A DNA stretch of 37,092 nt from an uncultured Thermotogae bacterium (GTDB lineage: Bacteria > Bipolaricaulota > Bipolaricaulia > M55B111), in assembly GCA_964513485.1 (NCBI GenBank), contig CAZENJ010000004.1, positions 1-37,092 of the forward strand, given 5' to 3'. Each line of letters starts with the position of its first letter. Positions within the stretch are counted from its first letter, which is position 1. The translations under genes were made by a program, and so were the position numbers. Below the pieces are notes generated by a model. It was not told the origin of the DNA. It did no database searches and saw only the letters and a program-made list of their open reading frames with translations. Shown here piece by piece: positions 1-9,797 of this stretch.

Positions 1-772
<772 letters not shown>

Positions 773-794
773 TTATTGACCTCCTGAGTTATGG

Positions 795-1073
795 TTATTC
801 AATCTTGGCGAGAATATCGTTGTTCTTGATAATCTTCATCTCTTTCTGATCGACTTCGATTTCCGTCCCCGAGAAGCTAGAAAGAATAACTTCGTCACCC
901 ACTTCAACCTCGATGCTTTCGTCGGTGCCAATAGCGAGAACCTCGGCTTTGATGTAGTTGTCGTCCGACTTGGCACTATCGGGTATAACTATTCCACCTT
1001 CAGTTACTTCCTCTTCCTCGGTCTCTTCTACTTCCTGGACCAGAACTCTTCTACCTAATGGTTTAATATCCAT
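795..1073 (-). CDS. groES: Co-chaperonin GroES (Cpn10)
   Basis: 92-aa ORF reading MDIKPLGRRVLVQ...GGIVIPDSAK...GDEVIL, typical Cpn10. It lies directly upstream of groEL and has an SD (GAGGAGG) upstream. Confidence 0.95.
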   Translation of the reverse strand: MDIKPLGRRVLVQEVEETEEEEVTEGGIVIPDSAKSDDNYIKAEVLAIGTDESIEVEVGDEVILSSFSGTEIEVDQKEMKIIKNNDILAKIE

Positions 1074-1114
1074 ATATACCTCCTCTCTGTTTGTTGAGTT
1101 GAGAATTACCTTTG

Positions 1115-1141
1115 ATTAGCACTCTTGTATGCTGACTGCTA
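1115..1141 (-). promoter_or_regulatory. CIRCE (HrcA operator) inverted repeat
   Basis: TTAGCACTC-N9-GACTGCTAA, against the CIRCE consensus TTAGCACTC-N9-GAGTGCTAA (one mismatch). It lies 42 nt upstream of the groES ATG, just downstream of the predicted -10. Confidence 0.8.
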
Positions 1142-1150
1142 ATTCAGAAA

Positions 1151-1179
1151 AAGTTTACCCAATCCCCCCCGTTTAGTCA
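1151..1179 (-). promoter_or_regulatory. Putative sigma-70-type promoter of groESL
   Basis: The minus strand reads TTGACT-17 nt-TAAACT. The -10 ends 9 nt before CIRCE. Confidence 0.5.
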
Positions 1180-1283
1180 ACCCCCCATTTAAGGTTCATT
1201 TAACTGATCCCCACACGGCCTGCCGGTAAGAAGTGGGGTTGCTGGAGCGAAATGGAATTGGGCAATCCTTCCGAGAAATATTT

Positions 1284-2615
1284 CTACGAGTTGGCCAAAG
1301 GCAGGCTGAATACGAAAGTCGAGCCCGCGCCTTCCTCGCTATCCACAGTTATCTCTCCTCCGTGGGCCTCGACTATTTCCTTGGATATGGTCAGCCCCAG
1401 GCCCGTACCTCCCGTGCCGCGGGACCGGGATTTGTCGACCCGGTAGAATCGGTCGAAAATGTGGGGTAATTCATCTTTCGGGATACCTTCGCCGTCGTCC
1501 GAAACGGTAGCGGTAACTTCGCCCCCGGAAGAATCTGTCGTGACCTGAATTTCGCCTCCCCGGGGCGTGTGAGTCAGCGCGTTTTCCAGCAAGTTCCTGG
1601 TTACCTGGGTGATCCTTTCCGGGTCCGCTTCGACCAAACTGGGCTCTGCCAAATTTTCTTTTATTGTTACTTCCTCCGCCTCGGCCTGAGTTTTCATTGC
1701 TTCAATTTCCCTGTTTATTATGTCTTCCAGCACGACCTCACGCTTATCCAGCTGCAGCTGGTCGGTCTTTGCCCTGTTTACGTCCCTCAGGTCATCCACC
1801 AGGCGGCTGAGAACAAGCGATTGCTGGTGCAGTGATTCGAATACGCGTTCGCTCGGCTCCACCATCCCTTCCTTCAGACCCTCGAGATACCCCTGAACGT
1901 TGGAGAGCGGATTGCGGAGTTCATGCGCGACGTCGCTGACCATTTCTTCTCGCAACTTTTTCTGTTCCTTGAGCCTGTTGGCGAGTTCGTTGAACGATTC
2001 GCCTAGCTTGCCGATTTCACCTCCGGCAGAAGTATCCACTCGCTGGTCAAGGTCACCGCTTTTCATCTTCTTCGTCGCCCGGGTAAGTTCCCTGATCGGC
2101 TTTAATATATTACGAGAGAAAAGGAGCGCCAGAAATATCCCGACCACCCCGGCGATCAAACCACCGGTCAGGACGGATTTATTGACTGAATTAATGAAGG
2201 TCTTCTGTAGAGGTGAGCGCTTTTGCGTCTTGATATATATGTTGCCGATCTCGTAATCGGCGAAAGTCAGTCTAACCGATTTTCTCGACCAGTCCTCCCC
2301 CACCTCCTTTCCGGTAAGCTCTCCCGCCGTATCACCAAGTACTACTCCGGAAGAGTCCGTGAGGATTATTCTCTCACTGTACATTTTGGAGATCCTATCG
2401 GTTAGGTCGGTTACATCGTTCCAGCTCCCCATATAGCGATAGTAATTTGTAAAGGTTAAGGCCAGGCGCTGATACCTTTCCGCCTGATCCCTGCTGACGT
2501 AACGGTCAAACTGGTTAATGGCCGAGTTGGAAGATATATAGGCGATGGTGCCCACGGCGATCGCTATCACCAAAAAGAAGCTCGCGAGAAGTTTGATTCT
2601 CAGACTTGGAAACAT
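1284..2615 (-). CDS. Sensor histidine kinase (two TM segments, extracytoplasmic domain, HAMP, HisKA, HATPase_c)
   Basis: 443-aa ORF. It has an N-terminal TM, a second TM around [16 protein letters not shown], the H-box [12 protein letters not shown] and the G-box [18 protein letters not shown]. Its ATG lies 1 nt after the response-regulator stop. Confidence 0.9.
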   Translation of the reverse strand: MFPSLRIKLLASFFLVIAIAVGTIAYISSNSAINQFDRYVSRDQAERYQRLALTFTNYYRYMGSWNDVTDLTDRISKMYSERIILTDSSGVVLGDTAGELTGKEVGEDWSRKSVRLTFADYEIGNIYIKTQKRSPLQKTFINSVNKSVLTGGLIAGVVGIFLALLFSRNILKPIRELTRATKKMKSGDLDQRVDTSAGGEIGKLGESFNELANRLKEQKKLREEMVSDVAHELRNPLSNVQGYLEGLKEGMVEPSERVFESLHQQSLVLSRLVDDLRDVNRAKTDQLQLDKREVVLEDIINREIEAMKTQAEAEEVTIKENLAEPSLVEADPERITQVTRNLLENALTHTPRGGEIQVTTDSSGGEVTATVSDDGEGIPKDELPHIFDRFYRVDKSRSRGTGGTGLGLTISKEIVEAHGGEITVDSEEGAGSTFVFSLPLANS

Positions 2616-2616
2616 C

Positions 2617-3315
2617 TTATTCCACTTCTTCCTCGATTGACGGGGGTTCGAACTTGTAACCGACGCCGTGAACCGTATGGATGTACTTCGGGTCGTTTGG
2701 GTCGGGCTCCAGTTTCTTCCGGATGTTTTTTATGTGAACGTCGATCGTCCTCTCGAAACCTTCGTACCCGTAACCAAGCGCGGCATGTATCAGGTCCGGT
2801 CGGGAAAAGACCCGTCTCGGCTGTTTTACCATTGTCTTGAATATTTTGAACTCGGTCGGCGTTAGATCGACCGGCTCGTTGTCAAGCAGGACCTGGTGAG
2901 TTTCAAAGTTCAGGGAAAGGTCGCCGTGACTTACTTCCGTCAGATCCTCGTCCTCCGTTCTGCGCAGTACCGCCCTGATCCGTGCCAGCAGTTCTCCGGG
3001 ACTGAATGGCTTCGTCACGTAATCGTCAGCCCCGAGATCCAGTCCTTTGATCCTGTCTTCCTCCTCCGTCTTGGCCGTTAGCATGATAATGGGCACCTGG
3101 GACTCGCCCCGAATGCTCCGGCAGACGTTCAGCCCGTCCACTTTGGGCAACATCAGGTCCAGAACGATCAAATCGACGTCTCGCAGGCGGAAGAGGTTCA
3201 GGGCCGCGCTCCCATCGTAGGCCGTCAGGACCTCGTAACCGTCTTTTTCGAGATAGTTCTTCAATAGTTCGACCAGATCTTCGTCGTCGTCAACTACGAG
3301 GACGGTTTTTTTCAT
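2617..3315 (-). CDS. OmpR/PhoB-family response regulator
   Basis: 232 aa. The receiver domain reads VLVVDDDEDL...DLIVLDLMLP...LTAK. The C-terminal winged helix ends in IHTVHGVGYKF. Confidence 0.93.
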   Translation of the reverse strand: MKKTVLVVDDDEDLVELLKNYLEKDGYEVLTAYDGSAALNLFRLRDVDLIVLDLMLPKVDGLNVCRSIRGESQVPIIMLTAKTEEEDRIKGLDLGADDYVTKPFSPGELLARIRAVLRRTEDEDLTEVSHGDLSLNFETHQVLLDNEPVDLTPTEFKIFKTMVKQPRRVFSRPDLIHAALGYGYEGFERTIDVHIKNIRKKLEPDPNDPKYIHTVHGVGYKFEPPSIEEEVE

Positions 3316-3320
3316 GGAAT

Positions 3321-3371
3321 AAAAAAGATGAACTCGAGGCCCGACTCCGCTGAACCGGGTCAGGCCTCGAG
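3321..3371 (-). terminator. Intrinsic terminator or attenuator between htrA and the response-regulator gene
   Basis: Perfect 9-bp GC-rich stem CTCGAGGCC (3333-3341) / GGCCTCGAG (3363-3371), with further pairing possible in the loop. On the minus strand it is followed by UUCAUCUUUUUU. The U-tract ends 5 nt before the response-regulator ATG. Confidence 0.6.
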
Positions 3372-3388
3372 CTGCTTGTCCGCGGGTT

Positions 3389-4849
3389 TCAGCGCTGCAG
3401 AGTTATCCAGCGGTATCCGGTTTCTCGGATGATTCTGACCAGCAGCGTGTCGCCTTGTTTCATGTTGGACGTAACCTCCTGCCAGTCCTCGACAGTTTTC
3501 AGCGTGTAGAGGCTCATGTTACTTTTCCCCGCCTGGAGGAGAACGTCGCCTTCCCGGAGTTTTCCGCCCGGCCCAAAAGGCTGAGTCTTCGTAACTACGA
3601 GACCGGTTTCCGTGATCAGATCGTACTTTTCCTGCAGTTCGAGCGAGTTTTCCGCCAGCGTCAGACCGAATTCTTCGTCAGTTGTTGTATCTTTTTGCGC
3701 CGAAACCTGTTCCGGTTCTTCGTCCCTTTCACCCAGAGTTACCGTCACGGTCTGCTTTTGCTGGTTCCTGATAATAGTTAGGTCTATCTTCTCGCCGACT
3801 TCCCGATACATTATCTCCTGCTGGAACTGACTGCTGCCGGTTATTTCCGTACCGTCCAGTTTTACGATTACGTCCCCCGCCTTCAAACCGGCTTCCGCGG
3901 CGGGTGAATCCTCGATTATCTCGGAAATCAGGACGCCGTTTCCGTTCTCGAGACCAAACTTTTCTCCCATTTCCGGCGTCACTTCCTGGAACCATACGCC
4001 GAGCCAGGCCCGGGTGACTTCACCCTCGCTGACCAGGTCGGAGAGCACCTGTTTCACGGAATCGATCGAGACGGCAAAGTTCAGTCCGGTAATCGGTACG
4101 CCCTGCTGATTCCTCCTGATGATTGCGGTATTCATGCCGATAACGTTCCCCTTCATGTTTACCAGGGGACCGCCGGAGTTTCCGGGATTAATTGCGGCGT
4201 CGGTCTGGAGCAGGTTCTGGTAACTCCCTTCGCTATTTGGTTTCGGAATGGACCTGTTCCTGGCACTTAGTACACCTGCAGTCACGGTATTTTCGAACCC
4301 TTCCGGGTTACCGATAGCCACCACCCAGCTGCCGATCGGTGTGCTTTCAGGGTCACCGAGGGAAACGGTCGGTATGTTTTCGGTACTTTTGTCGCCGGTG
4401 AATTCCAGTACGGCGACGTCGATCATCTCGTCCGACCCGATTACCTTGGCTCTATAGGTCATACCCTCTTTGAATACGAGCCTAATTTCCTTTGCATCTT
4501 CAACCACGTGCTGGTTGGTCAGAACGTACTTTTTCCCCTGCCAGTTAATCACGAAACCGGAGCCGAGTGACTCCACCTCTCTTTCTTCTCTCCGGGGCGG
4601 CTCTCCGAAGAAGTACCTGAAGAAAGGGTCGTCAAATAAATCGTAGGGGCTTTGCGCCGAAAAGCTTTTCGTAACCTCAACCCGGGGGACGGCCGGTCCT
4701 ACTTTCTCCGCCGCCCTGGTTATCGGAGTTTCCTGTGATTCAACGAGCCCCTCTTCCGTTCCGAATACTGAAACGGCGCCTGCTGATATCATCCCGATAC
4801 CGATTAAAGCCGCCAGTACCATAGCCAAAGTCTTATTTTTCCGCAGCAT
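3389..4849 (-). CDS. htrA: HtrA/DegP-family periplasmic serine protease with two PDZ domains
   Basis: 486 aa. It has an N-terminal membrane anchor, a trypsin-like core (TNQHVV, DVAVL, GNSGGPL) and two PDZ-like regions. An SD (GGAGGAG) lies 7 nt upstream of the ATG. Confidence 0.93.
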   Translation of the reverse strand: MLRKNKTLAMVLAALIGIGMISAGAVSVFGTEEGLVESQETPITRAAEKVGPAVPRVEVTKSFSAQSPYDLFDDPFFRYFFGEPPRREEREVESLGSGFVINWQGKKYVLTNQHVVEDAKEIRLVFKEGMTYRAKVIGSDEMIDVAVLEFTGDKSTENIPTVSLGDPESTPIGSWVVAIGNPEGFENTVTAGVLSARNRSIPKPNSEGSYQNLLQTDAAINPGNSGGPLVNMKGNVIGMNTAIIRRNQQGVPITGLNFAVSIDSVKQVLSDLVSEGEVTRAWLGVWFQEVTPEMGEKFGLENGNGVLISEIIEDSPAAEAGLKAGDVIVKLDGTEITGSSQFQQEIMYREVGEKIDLTIIRNQQKQTVTVTLGERDEEPEQVSAQKDTTTDEEFGLTLAENSLELQEKYDLITETGLVVTKTQPFGPGGKLREGDVLLQAGKSNMSLYTLKTVEDWQEVTSNMKQGDTLLVRIIRETGYRWITLQR

Positions 4850-4886
4850 GGATTATCTCCTCCAAATTAAAGGTTTTCTCTTATCG

Positions 4887-4934
4887 ATTATAATATAAGC
4901 TCTGAATATGAAAAAGTTGTGAAGAATATTTGAA
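4887..4934 (-). promoter_or_regulatory. Putative htrA promoter with phased TTCA direct repeats (candidate OmpR-type regulator site)
   Basis: The minus strand has TATAAT (4892-4887) and TTTTCA 16 nt upstream (4914-4909). TTCA repeats begin at 4934, 4923 and 4912, exactly 11 bp apart; the proximal one is the -35. Confidence 0.4.
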
Positions 4935-5103
4935 GGGGGCCGCTTAAAAATTCTCTCCGGCAACACCTCCGGTTGCAAGGGTAATTTAGCTTGATAAGCT
5001 CAAACCGGGATATTCGTCCAGAGCTTCTGCTGCCCCGGGTTGAATGCGGGTTATAAAAACGGGATCTTCGGGAAAGGAAACTTCTTAAAGCCTATGGCTC
5101 GCC

Positions 5104-5133
5104 AAAAATGCCGGGCCGGGGGGTCCCCCGGCC
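5104..5133 (-). terminator. Rho-independent terminator after the P-type ATPase gene
   Basis: On the minus strand GGCCGGGG-GACC-CCCCGGCC (8-bp GC stem) is followed by CGGCAUUUUU. It lies 14 nt after the TGA stop. Confidence 0.65.
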
Positions 5134-5147
5134 TCTAATGTTAGATA

Positions 5148-7790
5148 TCAGGAAAAGTCCAGTAACTTCTCCCCGGCTCTGACGTAAATCCAGATGAAGC
5201 AGCCAAATATCGCAACCGCGGCGAGGATAACTAGCCAGGGGGAAAGCCCGAGCGGCACCAGACCAAAGAAGCTATTGAGCGGCGAGTAAACTACCAGGAA
5301 TTGTGCCACGATAGACGCCCCTATGGCGAGGTAGAGCCAGTTATTTGGCTTGATCGGCTGGCCGAAGATCTTTCTGATCGGCCATATTTCAAGCAATTCT
5401 ATCAGAACCAGTTCCGTGAAAGCCACGGTGCGCGCCGTCTTGAGGTCGGGTAGGAAGTGGTTGTAGGAAAACAGGATCAACGTCGTCAGGCTCAACCCTA
5501 TACCCAGAATGATGAAGATAAGGTAACTGTTAATCACGCCTTCTCCCTCTTCCCGGGGCGAACGGTCCATAACGCCACGGGACCTGCCGTCGGCTCCGAG
5601 AGCGACGGCGGGAAGGCCGTCCGTAAGAAGATTGACCCATAATAGCATCGGCGCGGTGAGCGGAAGGCCCAGTCCGATCAGGGATGCGATAAAGACCGTG
5701 AGCACCTCGGCCAGATTGCCGGAAAGGAGTAGCCCGACGAATTTTCTAATATTGTCAAATATCGTCCTCCCTTCCGCCACTGCGTCCCTTATAGAGGTGA
5801 AGTTATCGTCCAGCAGGACTATATCCGAGGCTCCTTTGGCCACGTCAGTTCCGCGGATACCCATCGAGATACCGACGTCGGAACGTTTCAGCGAGGGAGC
5901 GTCGTTTACCCCGTCCCCGGTCATGGCGACGACGTGGCCTTCCTCTTCCTTGATCAGGTTGAGGATCTTTAGCTTGTGCGAGGGGGAGACGCGAGCATAG
6001 ATATCGACCTCGGGGATCCGCGTCCTTAATTCGGACTCCGATAATTTGTCCAGTTCCTTCCCGGTAAGTACGTCGCCGGAGAAGCCCAGCTCCCTGCCAA
6101 TCGCTTCTGCGGTCAGGGCATTGTCACCGGTAACCATTACAGTCCTGATTCCCGCCTTTCTGCAGGAATTTATTGCCTCGCTCACTTCCTCTCTCGGCGG
6201 GTCCAGCATACCCTGTAAGCCGACAAAGGTCAGGTTCTGCTCTAGCTCGGAATTTTCAATCCCTTCCAGTTCCCGGTTTTCAATACTTCTGGTGGCGAAA
6301 CCGAGAACTCTCAATGCGTCACCGGCGAATTCTTCGACCTTGTCCTCAATTTCTTCCCTTTTTTCCGGAGTCAATCGTTCTTTTTGGCCGTCGACCCAGT
6401 AACTATCGCACCTATCGAGGATTACGGAGGGAGCTCCTTTTGTATAGGACACGGGCCCGTCGGAGGCCTGGTTTACGGTGGTCATCATCTTGCGGTCCGA
6501 AGAAAACGGTACCTCTCTCAACCTCTTGTTTTCTTCCCGTAAAGCTTCGAGATCGAAACCGGCTTTTCGGGCGGACTTGAGCAGAGCGGCTTCGGTGGGG
6601 TCGCCTATTACGTCCTCGTCCTCTCCTATCTCCGCGTCATTACAGAGGACCCCCGTCCTGAATAGAAGCTCTTTTTCGTCTCGCTCGTCTCCATTGCCAC
6701 GCTCCCTCAATTCCGGCTCGCCGATGTTCAGCTCGGTGGAACCGGTATATATCTTCTGGACCGTCATCTCGTTTTCGGTCAGGGTTCCGGTCTTGTCCGT
6801 ACAGATTGTATCTACCGAGCCCAGGGACTCGACTGCGGCCAGCCGTCTGGTCAGGGCGTTCCGTTTTGTCATCTTCTTTGTTCCCATGGCAAGCGCCAGG
6901 GTAACTACTGCCGGTAACCCTTCGGGTATTGCCGCTACGGCAAGAGCTACGGCGGTTAAAAACGCTTCGAGCCAGCCGGTGCCGTGGAGGAGAATTGAAA
7001 TCGGAATGATCAGCGCGGATAAGGCAAGCAATACGGTGCCGAGCTGTTTGCCCAGTTTGTTTACTTCCTTCTGGAAAGGGGTTTGCTCCTTCTCCACTTC
7101 CTGAAGTTTTTGGGCAACCTTGCCAATTTCAGTGTCCATTCCCGTCGAGGTTACGATCGCTCTGCCGCGGCCGCGGACTACGTTCGTGTTCTTGTAGACG
7201 AAATTACTCCGCTCCGCCAGGTCGGTATCGCCGTCGACCGGGGAAATGTCCTTCCTGACAGGCTCGCTTTCGCCTGTCAATGCGGATTCATCTACCTTCA
7301 AGCTCTGTGCGTCGACCAACCGGCCGTCAGCCGGGATCGCCGCTCCCTGTTCCAGTGAGACGAGATCACCGGGGACGACATCTTCCAGCGGTATCTCCTT
7401 CTTCCCCCCGCCCCGGTAGACCACGGCGTCCGGAGAAGCCATCTCCTTTAACGCCCGGATCGACTGCTCGGCCTTCCAGTCCTGAATGAAACCAAATATC
7501 CCGTTACCGATGACTATGGCGATAATCAGGTAAAAATCCACCTGATGGCCGAGTACAAGAGACAGCGTCGCGGCGATCAGCAGAATGATGATCAGGAAAT
7601 CCGCAAACTGTTCCAGGAAAAGTTTTAAGGGCGACACTCCCTCTTCTTCTTCCAGTTCGTTGCTTCCGTGTTTCTTTAATCTCTTTTCTGCTTCTTCTTC
7701 CGTCAGGCCGTCGGGGGAGGAGGAAAGCTCGTCGTAAGCTTCGTCTACGGGAATCGTCCACGGTTTCTTCTGGGCCATTAAAAATTTCAC
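5148..7790 (-). CDS. P2-type (SERCA/PMCA-like) cation-transporting P-type ATPase, probably Ca2+
   Basis: 880 aa with LTGESEP, PEGLPAV (M4), DKTGTLT and TGDGVNDAPSLK. The ORF opens with GTG at 7790, but the ATG at 7778 (MAQKKPW) is an equally plausible start. Confidence 0.93.
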   Translation of the reverse strand: MKFLMAQKKPWTIPVDEAYDELSSSPDGLTEEEAEKRLKKHGSNELEEEEGVSPLKLFLEQFADFLIIILLIAATLSLVLGHQVDFYLIIAIVIGNGIFGFIQDWKAEQSIRALKEMASPDAVVYRGGGKKEIPLEDVVPGDLVSLEQGAAIPADGRLVDAQSLKVDESALTGESEPVRKDISPVDGDTDLAERSNFVYKNTNVVRGRGRAIVTSTGMDTEIGKVAQKLQEVEKEQTPFQKEVNKLGKQLGTVLLALSALIIPISILLHGTGWLEAFLTAVALAVAAIPEGLPAVVTLALAMGTKKMTKRNALTRRLAAVESLGSVDTICTDKTGTLTENEMTVQKIYTGSTELNIGEPELRERGNGDERDEKELLFRTGVLCNDAEIGEDEDVIGDPTEAALLKSARKAGFDLEALREENKRLREVPFSSDRKMMTTVNQASDGPVSYTKGAPSVILDRCDSYWVDGQKERLTPEKREEIEDKVEEFAGDALRVLGFATRSIENRELEGIENSELEQNLTFVGLQGMLDPPREEVSEAINSCRKAGIRTVMVTGDNALTAEAIGRELGFSGDVLTGKELDKLSESELRTRIPEVDIYARVSPSHKLKILNLIKEEEGHVVAMTGDGVNDAPSLKRSDVGISMGIRGTDVAKGASDIVLLDDNFTSIRDAVAEGRTIFDNIRKFVGLLLSGNLAEVLTVFIASLIGLGLPLTAPMLLWVNLLTDGLPAVALGADGRSRGVMDRSPREEGEGVINSYLIFIILGIGLSLTTLILFSYNHFLPDLKTARTVAFTELVLIELLEIWPIRKIFGQPIKPNNWLYLAIGASIVAQFLVVYSPLNSFFGLVPLGLSPWLVILAAVAIFGCFIWIYVRAGEKLLDFS

Positions 7791-7881
7791 CGCCTGTTTT
7801 TGGAACTTAATTGCCCTAGAAGTATAGCGGAGAGCCGAGAAAAATAAAGACCGTCCCGGGCTATGGGGAAAATCTCGGGAG

Positions 7882-8133
7882 TCAATCCGAGGTTTCGTCT
7901 TCCTCCGCCAGGACGTAGAGTTTCTCCCTGCCCCCCTCGGGGACGGGACAGGATTTGCTCATCGGACAGCCGTCGCAGCTGGAGTTGCAGTCCACCTCTT
8001 TTAGCTTACCCTGGTGAACGAGTAGCTCTATCATGGCCTTGACCGTCTGTCTTCGCATCTCCAGGGTAGCGACGAGTTCGTCAAGCGTTTTCCCCTGCTC
8101 GATTTCTTCCAGCAACCTGGTTTTATTCTTCAT
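7882..8133 (-). CDS. FeoC-like small winged-helix protein with a C-terminal four-Cys motif
   Basis: 83 aa. It has an N-terminal wHTH-like segment (LLEEIEQGKTLDELVATLEMRRQTVKAMIELLVHQGKL) followed by C-x3-C-x2-C-x5-C. Its ATG overlaps the upstream gene by 11 nt. It is the last gene of the feo string. Confidence 0.7.
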   Translation of the reverse strand: MKNKTRLLEEIEQGKTLDELVATLEMRRQTVKAMIELLVHQGKLKEVDCNSSCDGCPMSKSCPVPEGGREKLYVLAEEDETSD

Positions 8134-8566
8134 TCTTTCCCTCCCGGTTGAGCACTATCACCACGAAAGCTATCGAAAGGGGCAAAAGAAAGATTGCCGG
8201 AATAAAAGGTCCGGAGTAGCTATCCAGAAAACCGCTCGCGGTGCTGAGCCAGCGTCCCTTCCCGCCGGGGATCGACTCCAGAAAGATCGAAAGTAGCCTC
8301 ATCCCCCCGACAATCCAGATCATCAGGCTGGCCAGAACGGCCTGGGCCCGTTTTTCTGTCCGGCCCGGAATGTAAATAGCCGAGAAGTAAAAAACCCCGG
8401 AAGCCAGCAGGATTAACCCGCGCCAGAGGGTAAAATCTCCCTGAAATCCAATTTTCCCCCAGCTAAAAGTTCTGCCGGTCAGGGCGAAGAGTATTTCCAG
8501 AACGCCGGGTACCGCGGTAAACGTCCCCATCAGGGCCAGAATAAAGTTGAAAACCTTCCGTGTCAC
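8123..8566 (-). CDS. Uncharacterised small integral membrane protein (about 4 TM), embedded in the feo operon
   Basis: 147 aa with four hydrophobic segments (FNFILALMGTFTAVPGVLEILFAL, GLILLASGVFYFSAIYI, AVLASLMIWIVGGMRLLSIFL, FIPAIFLLPLSIAFVVIVL). The GTG start lies 1 nt after the feoB-permease TGA, with GGGGTGA 6 nt upstream. I recognised no family. Confidence 0.6.
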   Translation of the reverse strand: MTRKVFNFILALMGTFTAVPGVLEILFALTGRTFSWGKIGFQGDFTLWRGLILLASGVFYFSAIYIPGRTEKRAQAVLASLMIWIVGGMRLLSIFLESIPGGKGRWLSTASGFLDSYSGPFIPAIFLLPLSIAFVVIVLNREGKNEE

Positions 8567-8567
8567 T

Positions 8568-9797
8568 TCAGGTCACCCCGAGAATTATTCCGACTAGGTG
8601 GAGCAGACCGCCCCAGAGGAACACCACGGTGGCCAGAGTCAACAGGCTGCCCCCCAGAACTTTTATTACCCCGCCGCTCTTTCTCCCCTCCTTGATGATC
8701 ATCGAAAAAGTGGCAATACAGGGGAAGTAGATCGATATAATGACGACCGAAGTAATTAGTTGAAATCCGGACATCTCTATTGCGGAGAGTTGAGCTACTG
8801 CCAGGTCCTTGCGGAGGAAACCGGCAATTAACGGTGCCACTGTCTCCTTGGGAATGCCGAACCAGCCGACAAATACCGGGCCCAGCAGGTTTGATAACCA
8901 GTTAATCACTCCCCCGAGGTAAAGCAGATTTACCAGACCGACGCCGAAGAGGACGAAGGGGATCGCGTTGGTGAAGAAGCCCTTAACTTTGACCCAGAGT
9001 TTCCGGCTCACGTTTGAAATAGTGGGAATTCTAAACGGCGGGACGTCGGTCATGATCTCGGGGGAACTGCCGGGGACGACCTTGTTCAGAATCCAGCCAA
9101 AGACGAAGAAACCGGCGAGTAGATAAATCATGATATAACCGAAATACTGGGGGATGAGAGATAACATCACTCCCAGTTGAGCCCCGCAGGGGATAAATAT
9201 CGATAGGAGGATCATCATCATAAAACGTTGCTTCTTCGTCTCCAGAGTCCTGGTCGAGGCGACCCCCGGGACGTTGCAGCCGAGCGATAGGATCATCGGT
9301 ACGACGGCAAAACCGTGGAGGCCGATTTTATGGAGGACCGTATCCACCAGTACCGCCAGTCTGGGCATGTAGCCCGAGTCCTCCAGAACAGTAATTACGA
9401 GATAGAAAGCTACTATCGCCGGCAGAACGACGCCGATGGCGACAAATAGCCCGCTTGTCAGGATGCCAAATGCCTCGAAAGAGTTCGTCGCGGCGGGATC
9501 GCCGACAAGCACGTAATAAAGCCAGCTCCCCTCGAAGGGAAAGACCTCCTGTATCCAGGGTAGCCAGTGTTCGTCAAATAAGGGCACGAAGAAACCGTCC
9601 GTGAAAAAACCGGCAAAGGCGTTGAAAAAAGCCCAGAACCCGTAGAGAACGGCAACTGCAAAAGGAATTCCAGTAAAAGGTTTTACCGTTAGCTCGGCCA
9701 GGGTGCTCTTGATGGTGGTCTTTTCTGCTCCGTATTCGACTGTTTCCCTCGTCACTCTGTCTATCAGCCGCCACCGTTCTTCCGGGTCCAAGTTCAT
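8568..9797 (-). CDS. feoB: FeoB membrane (permease) portion, encoded as a separate gene
   Basis: 409-aa polytopic protein that resembles the FeoB C-terminal gate/nucleoside-recognition region. An SD (GGAAGGGA) precedes the ATG. Confidence 0.9.
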   Translation of the reverse strand: MNLDPEERWRLIDRVTRETVEYGAEKTTIKSTLAELTVKPFTGIPFAVAVLYGFWAFFNAFAGFFTDGFFVPLFDEHWLPWIQEVFPFEGSWLYYVLVGDPAATNSFEAFGILTSGLFVAIGVVLPAIVAFYLVITVLEDSGYMPRLAVLVDTVLHKIGLHGFAVVPMILSLGCNVPGVASTRTLETKKQRFMMMILLSIFIPCGAQLGVMLSLIPQYFGYIMIYLLAGFFVFGWILNKVVPGSSPEIMTDVPPFRIPTISNVSRKLWVKVKGFFTNAIPFVLFGVGLVNLLYLGGVINWLSNLLGPVFVGWFGIPKETVAPLIAGFLRKDLAVAQLSAIEMSGFQLITSVVIISIYFPCIATFSMIIKEGRKSGGVIKVLGGSLLTLATVVFLWGGLLHLVGIILGVT

